Part shown: positions 48,401 to 61,473 of the stretch, one piece after another | How positions within the stretch are numbered: position 1 is the stretch's first letter | Layout of the letters: each line of letters starts with the position of its first letter | Source: Callorhinchus milii | Taxonomy: Eukaryota | Length of the DNA stretch: 64,000 bases | Assembly: GCF_018977255.1 (NCBI RefSeq) | Contig: NW_024704742.1 | Coordinates: 113,710,001-113,774,000 of the forward strand | Direction: 5' to 3' | Notes under the pieces: generated by a model | Database searches by the model: none | What the model saw: only the letters and a program-made list of their open reading frames with translations | What the model was told of the DNA's origin: nothing | Made by a program: the position numbers and the translations under genes

Positions 48401-50870
48401 GTACTGGTAATAGTGGTCATGCAAATATGCATGTGATTAGTGTTTTTACTGCACCAGTATTCAATTTAGTCTTCAGCTTTACCTGATGCCAAACTATACA
48501 GGATGCTATACTCCTGTTTTCACATTCATTTTTGCCATGTGGTAAAAATGAAAATCTTTGTTATTCCATCACTTTTTCATAGTCAAAATGTAGTGAAATG
48601 TTGTATGTCGTTCTTATTATTGACCATGTTTTTGTGAATTAAGCCCACTACAGTGTAGTCAAAACCTTTCAATAATAGTATCTTCCTCAGCAGAATTTTG
48701 CTAATAGTGATTATGACACAGTGATTTCATACGGAAGAATGAATTTGATTTTGACAACTAATTCAAAATAGCTCAAAGTTGCATGATCCTAATAATGTGA
48801 AGTTTGACTGCTGAAATAGATATTGTTCACAATGACAGCTGGGCTGTCATCAGCAGTGTCCTGGCGTACTGCGGACCCATCTGACTCAGGAATCGATCGG
48901 CTGAGACGACCGGAAAGAATTGGTGCAATTTTGACATTCTGTTACCAAGCACATAATCTTGAAGCCAGCTCATTGAACCATGTATGTGTCCAGTGTCTTT
49001 TTATTCAACTTAGCATTTACTGATTTTAATGAGTGTCACATATCTATTTCACTTGAAGCTTGTTAACTTTGTACTCGATTTTAAATTAGATATCCTGCAT
49101 GTCTTTTATAAACAAAAGTTGTGAATAATGTTCTTTCTCACTTTACTTTTGTCTAATGAGAAAGTGTAAAGATTTGCAAGCCTATCTTGATAACATGGGC
49201 TTTGCGCTCTGCAGTCATCTTCTCTGACCCCTCTCTATTGCCTCAGCTTTTTTTAAGATACGGTACTTAAACTATACAATGAGGCAATGAGGCTCCACCA
49301 GTGCGTTGCAGAGGGTTTAGACAACCTGTGACATAATCAAATGCCCCAGATGAATCCCAGTGCTTGATTAGACTCGTTGAAAACAGGTTCATCCTGAGTG
49401 ACTGATACTTGCATTGAATGATTGATATGAGACCCCTTTTTTTTTACCTCTTACACCAAATAAAGACTGCTGAAAAGATTATTTGCTGTTAAATAATCAA
49501 TTCTTGGATCTAAGAATGAAAATGGTCTAAAATAACCAGAAGGCAGTTAAACCTAACATTCTGTATGAATTTTGGGAATAAACAATTCCTAAAACATTAA
49601 ACATGCATCTAATACATGCTGTACTGCACCAGGTGTTTAAAGGTATTTGAAGATTATTCCTACAAAAAACAATTTATTTTCTTTTGCAAATTATGGAAAG
49701 ACTACATTTCGTAACCTATCTATAATTCATTTACATATCTATTTCATAACTATGTCAAATGACTAATGCTACAGAAATACAGCACTTTAATAAATAATAA
49801 GTTTTGCAAATAAATAGTTAAGGGAGACAAGCTGACAGCATTACAAACAGGAAATCTAAAGTTCTGAGGAACTTGTAGGCTATCAACTAAAAGCTCACAT
49901 ACAAGAAATTGGCTTTTTTTATAGTTTTCTCACCAAAATGAAGCATGTTTTAAAACTGGTCTTGTTTCACTACAGTTGGAAGGTTAAAATTATTATCATT
50001 CATTCAATTCATTTTCTTGAATATTGTTGTTTAATCAATAATATTTTACTTCTGAAAAGCTCTCTGGAGTGTAGTTGTTAGATGGCAAATTACTGCACAA
50101 ACTTGTGACACCATGGAATGGTGGGACTTGGGAACATATCTGTGAATACCCCCCACACAGCTGCGTTACCAAACACAACTTGCCATTGTGGGCAAGCACC
50201 AAGCAAAAGTAAGGCATTTCCCTACAGAAAGGAATCTGAGTGCTCGTAATCACCTTCACAGCCCAGCCAATGTATTGGTTCAGCCTGACACAAGTGGAGG
50301 CTTGGCAGCAGTTTTGTTAGTCACAATCGGTGCACGACACACAGAGTTAGGGAAATGAGGAGAAAAACAGGAGAAATAAGAAGGATGCTGTGATGCACAT
50401 ATGCATTGCATGTTTGAGTGCGTAATGCCAGGACAAAAGCTCTCTGTTTAGAGGCAGTCCAATGGATCTGTTGTGTATTCTTTACTGCCTTTGAGTATAA
50501 GCAGATCATTTTACCATACATTTATCATGCATTCCAAACAGACTGCGTACAGATGGCAATCGTCCACTGGCCCTGTAAGTCACCTGGAAGTAAATCTCAG
50601 TACAATCATACAAAATCATTAACATATCATGGAAACCTTCAAATCAGAATGGAAAGTATATTTTAACAATCTTAAATCAAAATAATATATAACCTTCTGA
50701 CAATAGTCCATTGTTAATACTGTAAAGTGTAAAATTGCAATGTATTTATCTGAACTTTTTTTTAAACAGTAGCTGTAGAATATGTTTTACTAAAAGCCTT
50801 GTTTATTTGCCTAAGATCTAGAATACCATAGATGATTCTAGTAGGAACAGGAGTACATTTTCTCTTCATA

Positions 50871-51067
50871 ACTGTTTGTTGGACATTACTGTGTGCAAAT
50901 TTGCTAATTTTGCTAACAAAATACAGTGAGTACACTTAGAATCATAGAATCATTAGAATCAAACAGTACAGAAAGAGGCCATTCGGCCCATCGTGTCTGC
51001 GCCGCAAATCCTGTCAAACACTTTGAGACGTCCACCCAACGTCAAAGGCGTTAGATTAAATGCAAGA
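50871..51067 (+). mobile_element. SINE 3' part interrupted by a minus-strand CR1 tail (~50938-51005)
   Basis: tagaatcatagaatc..ggccattcggcccatcgtgtctg lies inside ctgtttgttggacatt..ctttgagacgtcc. Confidence 0.8.
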
Positions 51068-51194
51068 ATATTTTGAAGATAACAGGTAAAATGCAGTCAA
51101 TAACCATGTGTCCCATGAAGTGACCGTGGGAATGTGCTTGGTTCATGTTGATGAAATGGTTTTATTGGCCAATGTCTTGTTTCTTTGTAAGCTC

Positions 51195-51357
51195 TGCCCA
51201 TCTTCAAATCACACCTGAAGACTTTCGTCTTTGACTACGCCTTCGATCATCTCTCTCCCCTTTCTGGCTCGGCATCAACCCACGCCACCGCTAAGCGCTC
51301 CGTGACACTAGCCGCATGAAGGGCACTATATAAATCCAGATTGCTGTTGCTGTTGTT
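51195..51357 (+). mobile_element. L2 3' end
   Basis: cttcaaatcacacctgaagac..aagcgctccgtgac..gggcactatataaat..(TTGCTG) tail. Confidence 0.75.
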
Positions 51358-52115
51358 ACTCATTTACTGCAATCCCTTTCTGTTTTGTCAGCAAAGCAAA
51401 TGATTCAGTAGCAGTATAGCAACACACTCCTGCACCAGGCCATTCACCCATTGCTGTTTTCAAAATGTTGGCTTTACTCTGTCACAAAACAAAAGGAACT
51501 ATGTTCTAGTTTCTTATTACCTTCTGAGTGACTTTCCTCTTGTCCAAGGCATACATTCTTGGCAAAAAATCATGACATTAATTCCCCCACCTGGTGCTTC
51601 AGAATACTGAAGGTCACAGACTTATGATAAGTTAATTTGATGTTTGCCAATGAAACCACTCTTATCCCATATCTTTGACTTATATTACCACAAAAGTGTT
51701 TCTCATGGTCATTGTTAAAAGCTAAGTAATATTTAGTTCTTCTTCTTTGAATTCTCTTCCACACATTTTATTTGCCCTCAATCATTTCTTCCTTCTATGC
51801 TGACACACTGGACAATCCCTTAAGTTGTTTTTGGTGATAGCAGTTTTACCACCATGCGATTTACCACCAGGCAATTATGACTTCACAGTGACACTGGTAG
51901 AAGCAGAGCCCTAACCTATCAATCCAATTTTAAAATTAAATGAACTGGAGGTATGAGTTCTCTCCATGGTCCCAAACAGTACTATTCACTTTGAGAAAGC
52001 ATAAATAATACAATCCAATGAAAACACATAACAATGAGAACAAACAATGACTGGGAATGCACTACAAGACAATCAGACTGTGAGATTCACCAACCAAACA
52101 GCAAGAGCCTTTATA

Positions 52116-52377
52116 CAGTAAAACCTCATTAGAAGGTGGTAGTTGGGATCCCAATCCGTCTTATATAACACGGCATGAAAATTGGTCAGCTGACTTCTGG
52201 GTCATCAAGTCGCTACCTTTGTGCAGTATATAGGAAGCGACGATGGCAGAAAGCTGATGAACCGAAGGCAGTCATTATTTAGCACTTGGGAAGCCAACTG
52301 GTGATCTGTTGACTCAAGGCAACAGTGTCTACAGGTCTGTCTTTTAAGGAAATTAGTGTTATAAGGGGGCTTTAATG
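52116..52377. mobile_element. Candidate Tc1/mariner-pogo (Tigger-like) MITE
   Basis: ta|cagtaaaacctcattagaag versus the reverse complement of the right end, cattaaagcccccttataac (14/20); right flank is ca rather than ta. Confidence 0.45.
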
Positions 52378-53849
52378 CATGTTCAAAAAAAAACCTGTAT
52401 GCCTTAAGCTTTTAAAATACAACAAATTATCTTTTAAACAATAAAGAAGCATTATATTATTGTTCACTCTGTGACGGTTTGTCATTTCAGATGAGCTGAA
52501 TCCATTGATGCCATTCCTGTGAACATCTCAGGGAGTTGAGACAGTTTTGAACTTCATTTCACAAGACCAGTTTACAAATAAGGAAGCTTTTACGTATAAA
52601 TGATACATGTAATCCCATTATGACGACATAGCAAATAGATCAATATTTTTAAAAATTAACATGTGATATACTCTTACTCAATATTATTCACAAGTGTACA
52701 GTTTCCATGAGCTATACATCTAGAGAATATATCAGTAGTGTTAATAAATCATCATGCATCAATGGCTTAGAGTGCTTTGTTGTTTGTCATGTTCAGTTTG
52801 TATTTGCAAAACAAACACAAATAAATCCAATCCATGAATGTCACACTAAATATTCTAAAAACATGCTGCACCCTAAAGCTATTTCAAAGATATAACCTCA
52901 GTTTGGCAGCTCAATAACAATTGGAATCTCATCAAAACTCATTGATGAGATGACTGCAATGTTCCATTATCTTTCATACAAATTCTCGAAGTACTGTTAT
53001 GGGCACAACATCAATTTCAGTTTGGAGAAGGCAATTAGATCTACACATCCAATTTCCCACAAGATTCTTTCAACATATCTTTCTCTAACTCTAATAACCC
53101 TATTGTTGTTAAGTTTACAGAAATCTATTTAGGTTATTTGGGATATATTTTGTAGTGCCACTTTAATTCCCCCTTTTTCTCTAAATTAGAAATAATGTTA
53201 CAGCTGATTTCAGTTTTAAATTTAATCTGTGAAAAATATATCAATCTATTTATGTATTAGCAGACTAACTCATAGACATGCAGACAATTCAAGATAAATA
53301 TTTCTCGTCAGATGGAACCTGCCCCACTGATAGGGAAGGAGGCACTTGAAGTTATCTTAGTGACTGAGCTTTGGTTTCCATCTGGAACGGCCACTGTTAA
53401 TTGTGAGACCTCAGACTTTTAACTTAAGCTGGCTCCAGTCCCTCTATTCATCATTCCCTGCTGACGGAAGAGGATAAAACTTCAGGCTAGATATCACTGG
53501 AGTATGTGTGTGGCTCTGTGGAGTAGCCACATTGCACACAAGCTGTCAGCAGGTGCCAGCATGCATGTTGAATTGCCGATTTGAAATTCAGTTCACATTG
53601 GTTTCACAATACAAGACGCTCATAGTTTTCACAGCTCTCCCAAAGTAACATCTGCTTTTGTGACATCCAAAAAGACGTTGGGTAAAACCAATAAAACCTA
53701 GAGTAACTGTGGCTCTTAACAAATTGATAGGTGTATGATCTAATTATTTCATCTATGATAAAGTGATATTACAAAATAGTTAAGTTATTCTCATTAACCA
53801 CAAAAAAAAACATTTGTATAAAATTAAAAAAGTATAATAAATAAGAAAT

Positions 53850-54305
53850 CATTGGAGCAGAGAAGGTTGGGGGTGATCTGAGGTGTGTAAAATGATGAGG
53901 CATTTTCACAGGATGAATAGGAAGAAGTTATTTCCATTGACATGGGAGTGAGTGACAAGCAGGGAGTTTGCGTAATCGAGCCTGGATGTGATGAATGCGT
54001 GGATGACGGTCTCGGTGACCTGGAGTGAGAGACAGTGGCAGAGCCGGGCAATGTTGCATGTCTCAATGACATGACAAGGCACTATATCAATTGCAAGGAT
54101 TATTATTATATCATCCAGATTTGTTGGTATGTGGAATGTCCTTCTGCGTAAGGTAAGGTGGAGTTAACTGTAACTTTCAAGGCAGAAGTAGACAGGCATA
54201 TGAAAGAGGAGTTTGAAGGCACATGGAGATGGCATTAAACTGATCTCCTTGTGGACTCGATGAACTGAATGGGCGCCTTCTGCGCTGCAGATTTCTATGT
54301 TTCTA
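53850..54305 (+). mobile_element. CR1 3' region interrupted by an L2-fragment/SINE-tail chimera (~53955-54110)
   Basis: gagcagagaaggttggggg..ttatttccattg, resuming at gtggaatg..ggactcgatgaactgaatgg..ttctatgtttcta. Confidence 0.75.
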
Positions 54306-54651
54306 AAGTCATGATTTGGGGTTGAGCCTACACCTTCTGACAGTGTGAGAGAGCTACCAACTGAACCAGGCTGACGTTAATTCCAATATTCCCATTTCAT
54401 TTAACTTCAACATGTATGAGTAAAATAAAGTGACACAAAAAATTGCTCTGAGATCTCTGAATACAGACATCTTCAGACAGTTTGAAGTATAGAAGCACCA
54501 AATAGGTCAGAACGTTAATAGAGGAACCCTATTATAACAGCCCTCAATATAGTGCTGCCTTGCTTATAAAATGGATGGGTAATGTAATGGTATTTTGTGA
54601 TGTCAAAGCATGAACATCCCTTATTGAAAGAATATCACAAACAGGTTATGT

Positions 54652-55225
54652 AACATCCAGGCTCGACTACGCAAACTCCTTGCTCATCGGCCTCCCCAAT
54701 TCCTCCCTCCATAGGTTGCAGGTCATCCAGAACTCTGCAGCCCGTGTCATCTCCCGTATTAGGTTCTGCGACCCTATCACCCCCATCCTCGCTTACAATC
54801 GCACAGAGGATAAGGTTCAAGATCCTCGTCCTCACCTTCAAACTCTCCATGCCTTGAACACCCTACCTCTGCGACCTCCTAAGCCCCTACCATCCTGCCT
54901 GCTCCCTCCAAGCATCTGGCTCTGGCTGTTTCATGTCCCTCGACTCACTCACCTCACCTTTGGCAGGCAGGCCTTCCGCCACTATCCCCACCCTATGGAA
55001 CTCCATCCCGCAGTCCCTCCGACTCACCTCCTCCCTTGCCTCCTTCAAAACTCGTCTCAAGACCAACCTCTTTAACCATGCCTTTGGTCACCCTCCTTCC
55101 CCCCCTGCCCTTCACCCTCCCCGATCCCGATCCCCAGTTCGGGTCAAAACATTGATTGTCCAGTGCCTTGGGACATCCTCCCGACATGAAAGGAAAACAT
55201 ACAAATGTAATTTTGTTGTTCTTGT
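54652..55225 (+). mobile_element. L2 3' fragment
   Basis: [32 protein letters not shown]2 tail. Confidence 0.92.
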
Positions 55226-56752
55226 CGTTACATTTTCTATCATGAAAATGCACAGCCTAACGTACTTGTTCTATTGTCATGATAACAGTGATTTGCTAAA
55301 TTCATGATGAGCAATCCCTAGGTTACACTGTGCATTGCAAGAGCTGCCAGCTTGCTTTCTGCTTGCTTTCAGTGACATCTTCAGTAAGTCACAAACCCAA
55401 AAGCATTAACTGGCTGTTTCGCATCCTCGATTTAAAGGTGGATTGAAGTTTTCTGTAATTCCAACAGCCATGTTATAGCAGGGTACCCGAGGACAAAAAA
55501 ATACAACTCCCATTTGCACCTTACCTATAGTTTGAGGAATTCCTCTTCATGTTGCTCCCTATTTCAGTATAAGCTCTAACGTTCAGCGATGGATTCTGTC
55601 CTGCTAAAAGGTGGCCAAGCTGTTAGCCACTGTGATCCTGCTCTCTGGAGCTCCCTCAAAATTTCTTCACCTTATACCTTTAACACACTCTTAAAATAAT
55701 CTCTTTCACCCCATACCTTTGGTCAACGTCCTGAAAGCCCGCACTCCCCTCCACCCCACCCACCTTGCTTCCTGCTATCTGCTCCTGATCATCTGTGAAA
55801 ACCACTTCAAGATGTTATCTTATGTAAAAGGTGTTTAATTAATATAAGTTACATTTTTCAGTGTAATAAAATTAAATATATTCCATTGATCAGTTTGCTA
55901 ATTCTGTTTAGCGACTGGTTGGCCTAAAGTCTTATTATCAAAATAAACCAACATTTGCAAAGGTATTTGTTCTGGCAACTATACATAAAAGATTTTTAGC
56001 TTGTGTACATCAAGTAACTGATTATTCCTTTCATTGCAAGTGGCTGAAGTTGGCAGATCAAACTACAGCACTATTTCTTGAAACAAATGAAACTCAAAAA
56101 AATGAAACTCGGAAACAATCTTAGGTGAAACAGATGGAAGGAGATTAAGAACAACCTAGCAATGTGCCAAACAAGATAAGCTAGATCTCTCAGTGAAGCA
56201 TGCAGTTCACTTTCCTCTCACACCAAGATTTGGGCCAGTAAAGTACATGTAAGTGTGTTGAATGTAATAGTATAGGAACCCAAAGGTTCAAAAAGCTTGA
56301 ACAACTTCAAGTCACAACCTCAGGTCACACTTTGGAGGCACCTTTTATACTCCCGAATACCACATGGTCCTGGTTCTCCCAGCGTTGGCCCCAGCACAGG
56401 TGGGTGATCAGCAGAAATACTTCAACAATAATACTGACTCTTGGCAAACTGACAGTTTTAAAGGCATCTAAAAAGATGATAAAATTGCCAGATGCTGCAC
56501 TCCTGCAGAGAACCATTGCACCTGTGAACAACACTCCCATTTAACATGTTGAGCTTTGAAAGTGCAGGTTTGAACCCAAAATCTTCTGACTCAGAGGTGA
56601 GACTGCTTCCAACTGAGCCAGGCTGAAACTGTGCCTCTCAACCAGTCATGCTATCGGCTGGAAGCCCTGGATTCAATGTTTCAGATCGGACTATTCATCT
56701 AGGTCAGGAGGAGCAGTTTGGAACTGTTCTGTTAAACTGATAGGCCCCGACT

Positions 56753-59215
56753 GCAACAACAACAACAAGATTACATTTGTATAGTGCCTTCCACGTCGGG
56801 CGGACGTCCCAAGGCGCTGGACAGAGAACAGCATTTCAGACCTGAGCTGGGGTTGGGGGGGTAAGGGAGGGGAGGGGAAGGGGAGTGGCCGATGACATGG
56901 TCGAAGAGGAGGAACTTGAGGCGGGACTTGAAGGAGGCTAAGGAGGGGGCGAAGCAGAGTGACTGGGGGATGGAATTCCAGAGATTGGGGCAGAGTGGCT
57001 GAAGGCTCTGCCACCAATGGTTGGGCGGGTGGGTCGGGGGACGTGGAGCAGGCCAGAGCCGGCTGAGCGGAGGTAACGGGCGGGTTGGTAGGGGATTAGG
57101 AGGTTTCAGAGATAGGGTGGGGTGAGGCCATGGAGGGCTTTGTATGTGAGGACCAGGATCTTGAACTGGATCCTCTGAAGGACAGGGAGCCAATGGAGTC
57201 GGGCGAGAATGGAGGAGATGGGGTCACCGAGTTTGGTGTGGGAGAGGCTGCAGAGTTCTGGATTAACTGTAGTGTGGAGGGAGGAGTTGGGAAGGCCGAC
57301 AAGTAGGGCATTTGCATAGTCGAGCCTGGAAGTGATGAAGGTATGAACAAGAGTTTCAGCGGCCTGAGGGGTGAGGTAGTGGCGAAGTCGGGTGATGTTA
57401 TGGAAGTGAGGGAAGGCAGAGCAGTCATGGCTTGGATGTGGGGGAGAAAAGGCAGTTGAGGGTCGAACAAGACACCGAGGTTCCTGACTGGCTTGGTGAG
57501 TTGTAGTGTGCAACCATGGAGGTTGATGTTCCCAGAGCCTGAGGTGCAGAGGCGCTGGCGTGAGCCAATCAGGAGGGCCTCAGACTTGTTCACATTCAAC
57601 TGTAGGAAATTTGCCCTCATCCAGGACTTGATGTCTGACAGGCAGTGTGTCAGGACAGCAGTGATCCTGGAGTTGAGGGTGGAGTTAGAAAGATTGAGTT
57701 GAGTGTCATCCGCATACATGTGGAAGTTAACCCCATGTCTGCGGATGATGTCAGCAAGAATGAGCATGTAGATATTAAAGTGGAGAGGGCCAAGGACAGA
57801 GCCCTGGGGGACACCGGACGTGACAGTGCGGGGGCTGGAGGAGAAACTGTTAGAGGCAAAAAGTGGAGTTGGTGAGAGATAGGAATTGAACCAGGCAAGG
57901 GCAGGTCCGTGAAGATTGAGTAAAGCAGAATTGAGGCGGTGTATGAGGATGGAGTGGTCGACAGTGTCGAAGGCGGCAGAGAGGTCGAGGAGGACAAGGA
58001 GGCAGAGGGAGCTCCGATCACAGATGTTCAGAATGTCATTAGTGACTTTGACCAGGGCTGGTTCCGTGCTGTGGGCAGCGCGGAAGCCGGATTGGAGGGG
58101 TTCAAAGAGGGAATGACGAGAGAGAAAGAAGTGGAGCTGGGACACGACGACTCGTTCCAGGACCTTCGAGAGGAATGGAAGGTTAGAGATGGGGCAGTAG
58201 CTGGAGAGGAGGGATGGATCCAGGGAAGGTTTTTTCAGGATGGGGGTGATGACGGCTGTTTTTAGGGGTGGGAACTGAACCGGTGGACAGGGAGAGGTTG
58301 ATGACATCGGACAGGAGAGGGGCCAGAAGGTGGAGCTGGGAGATGAGGAGATAGGTGGGGATGGGATCGAGGGAGCAGGTGGTGTGTCTGGAACTCCATC
58401 CCCCAGTGCCTTCGCCTTGCTTCCTCCCTTTCCTCCTTCAAGGCCGGTCTCAAGACCTTTCTCTTTGACCGTGCCTTCAGCTCCCCTCTCAACTCTCTAC
58501 CCCCTCCTCGCTCCCTCCCTTCCCTCACTCTGACCACCTCCCCTCTGCTCGGGTCCTGACCCAACTATCCAGCGCCTTGGGACGTCCTCCCGACGTGAAA
58601 GGTGCTCTATAAATGGAATTTTGTTGTGGTGAGGGAGGAGGGAGAGATAGGGTCAAAGGAGTATAGGGGGGGAATGGGTGGGGGGGTGGGTCATGAGGAA
58701 GAGGTGATGTGGGGGTGGCTGTGGACAGGGCTGAGGTGGCTGAACGTATCCCCTCGATTTTAGATTCGAGGAAGTCCAGCATCAAAACTCACAGTTGGAG
58801 TTTGAGGAGAGGATGGGTGAGGTATGGGAAGGAGGAGACGGTTAGCGGTGGAAAAGAGAAGCCTGGGGTTGTCCTTTGCCTCTAAGATAACCTTGGAGTA
58901 GAAGGAGAATTTGGCGGAGGCAAGAGCACAGCAGTAGATCTTGGTGTGGTGAAGCCAAATCTGTCGATGGACCGTTAGTTTGGATTTGGTCCAGGTGTGT
59001 TCGGCAGCTCGCACTTGTGCCTTGAGGGAACGGAGATGGCTGGTGTACCAGGGGAATTTACGGGAGTATGAGGCAGTTTGGGAGGTGAGGGGGCTAAGGG
59101 AGTCCAGAATGGAGGAGAGGGAATTGTGGAGAAAGGAGAGTGAGGAGGGGAGATCGGTCAGTGAGGGCCAGAGGTGTAGGAGTTCAGATGACTCCAGGGC
59201 AGTGGAGAGGGAGAG
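56753..59215 (-). mobile_element. L2 LINE (longest copy; linker, RT and 3'UTR) interrupted at 58387-58626
   Basis: ORF 57096-58307 has PISNLPFLSKVLE, QSGFRAAHSTE, LDLSAAFDT, PQGSVLGP and YADDTQ; frameshifted elsewhere, so not intact. Confidence 0.97.
58387..58626 (+). mobile_element. Younger L2 3' end nested antisense in an L2
   Basis: Reverse complement of 19870-20120; gtggtg on both sides (58379 and 58626). Confidence 0.92.
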
Positions 59216-59846
59216 GGAGAATTTTTTTTTCCATGAATGGTATGTAATGGTGGAGGTTAATGCAAATGTAATGCAAATATATCTAGTGAAGAATCTGCTC
59301 TCGACACAAGAGAAAATGAAACGTATGTCTCAGAAACTGACTTGATATGAAACAGAGTGGAGAAAATGAGAAAAGGGACACCACTCTTGGGCTCTTCCAA
59401 TCTGGTATATTTATGCACAGTGAAGAAATAAAGAATTATACTGCAGAAAACACAGCACAATTTTTGTACGTCTAAAGCATAATTCTATCAAAAGGGCAAA
59501 TGGCTTGTAATTCAGAAATTTCTGGTAATACATTCAACGTACTTTCTTGCTTTTTTCAAACAAAGCAAATAGTTCTGAACCTTAATTTCATACATACTTA
59601 TTAGCTACAGGTGTAATTTTACATTTACACTGATTGATTTGTTTTTCCTACTATTTTCTGATCCAGAAATGTATATAATGTACTGATCTTTTCATTGAAG
59701 TGATGCAGTTGAAAACAGTACTTTTTAAAAATGCAGCAAACAAGAAACCACAGGTAATTTTCTCCTGCAATTGATACAATTTATGTTAAAGGGTTTGGAA
59801 ATCATGTTCTATCCATATAAATTGTTTAAAAATAGCACCACCGCAT

Positions 59847-59980
59847 TTGCGCAATTGGCTGCCATGTCATCCACAAAATGTACAGTCAATTCACTTTATA
59901 GTATATTCAGTGAAGCGCTTTGAGACATCTCAAAGACGTGATAACGCTTTATATCAAACACAGGGATTATTATTATTATT
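59847..59980 (+). mobile_element. SINE 3' fragment
   Basis: gcgcaattggctgcc..aagcgctttgagacatctcaaagacgtg..(TTA)n. Confidence 0.85.
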
Positions 59981-61246
59981 TGTGTATCAAACAATTGAAA
60001 TACTGTACATATCTTCCTTAATAGAGCATTATTTATGAATAAAGTACAGTACTGGGCTTATTCATTTTCTGTCAAGATACTTGTTGCAGATTTTCTTCTG
60101 CATGATTTCATCTGAGATAAAATAAGGAAACAAATACAGTATCTGTCAATTATTTTTCTTAAGAAATCATATTTCACAATAAAGTAATAGATTTACATCT
60201 TTAAATAGATACCCCAAATCTTGATGCTGTGAATCATTCATTTTTCCGGTTGACATTGTAATGCTGTTCTAAATACTATTCAAAAAGAGTATTCCTATTT
60301 CCTATTTATCTGGCCAACAATAATTTCTTTTTATAAAGTAAATACAATTTTCAGGATGCACCTACGAGATAAAACACATCTTTAAATGACACATTTCTGA
60401 TTTATAGTTCACTAAATTTAAACAATTGCAAGAGATTCTCTGCGGAAAACATATTTTATTAAAATCCATTTTCTAGTTACCAGCAGCCATTACCACACAA
60501 CAATCAGTTCTAAAGACTTATCACATCTAATCCAAAGATTTTACCACACACATCTTACAACATGTTCAAAGCTCTCATAACTTATAAAGTCCCAGTAAAA
60601 AGGAAAATGAAAATTATTCTAGAACTTTTACAGTGGTAGTAGTGCAGCCACAAAAAACACCTTCAGTGCAGACTATTTATTATTGGCCTTTTCCTCTCAA
60701 GACACAGGTTTAGCTTCAGCCAAGAAAAAGAAACGGAAACGTCATCTACCAGAAGGCTGGCTGTGGACAAGAGTAAACAATACAGCGGGTACTTTGATTT
60801 TCCATCTGCAAGTCTGACTAACTGAAACGGAGACAAAACTCAACAGGGTTTGTACAAAACAATGAAACATCCATTTAGCTTGGATGTTATTCCTTTGATA
60901 AGACATTCTATAAATAGTGACACAGTTCATCATTCCTGGAACACTCTGCTCATGGCACAACATTCAGTGTACCGTTATCACATTATTTCTCAGAAGGTCC
61001 TGTTGGTTCTTTGATCATCAGTGGTGCCGGCAAAATGAAAATTAAAAACAGCAGCACTGTGGAACAAAAAGCACATGTACTGTCCACGTGCATTAGAGTG
61101 AACAATGATTACATTTACCCTGGCACAGTGTACAAAAAGTCCGAGCATTCCTCCACAAAAAAAAACATACGTTGCAACAAAGGTCACACGATCATCAATA
61201 TTATTAATAGTTATTCACAAAAATTCTTAAAGACTTCACAACCAAC

Positions 61247-61473
61247 AATAATAATAATACTTGCATTTGATATAGCACCTTATCACGTCTTCGAGATGTT
61301 TTAAATGTGCTTCACATAATATACCGTAAAGCAAACTGACTGTATATTTTGTGGGCAAAACGTTTCACCCTCAAAATACAGTCAATACACTTTACGGTAT
61401 ATTCTGTGAAGCGAGTTGAGATGTCTCAAAGATGTGATGAGCACTGTATCAAATGCAAGGATTGTTATTATTA
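61247..61473. repeat. Spacer-less palindrome of two SINE 3' ends
   Basis: Minus arm 61247-61361 and plus arm 61362-61473 meet at aaac|gttt. Confidence 0.88.

Noticed and set aside
57096..58307. 403-aa ORF (and 425-aa ORF 44309-45586) as functional or domesticated reverse transcriptases
   Set aside because: Both are frameshifted, truncated or internally deleted L2 ORF2 pieces with ordinary L2 tails.
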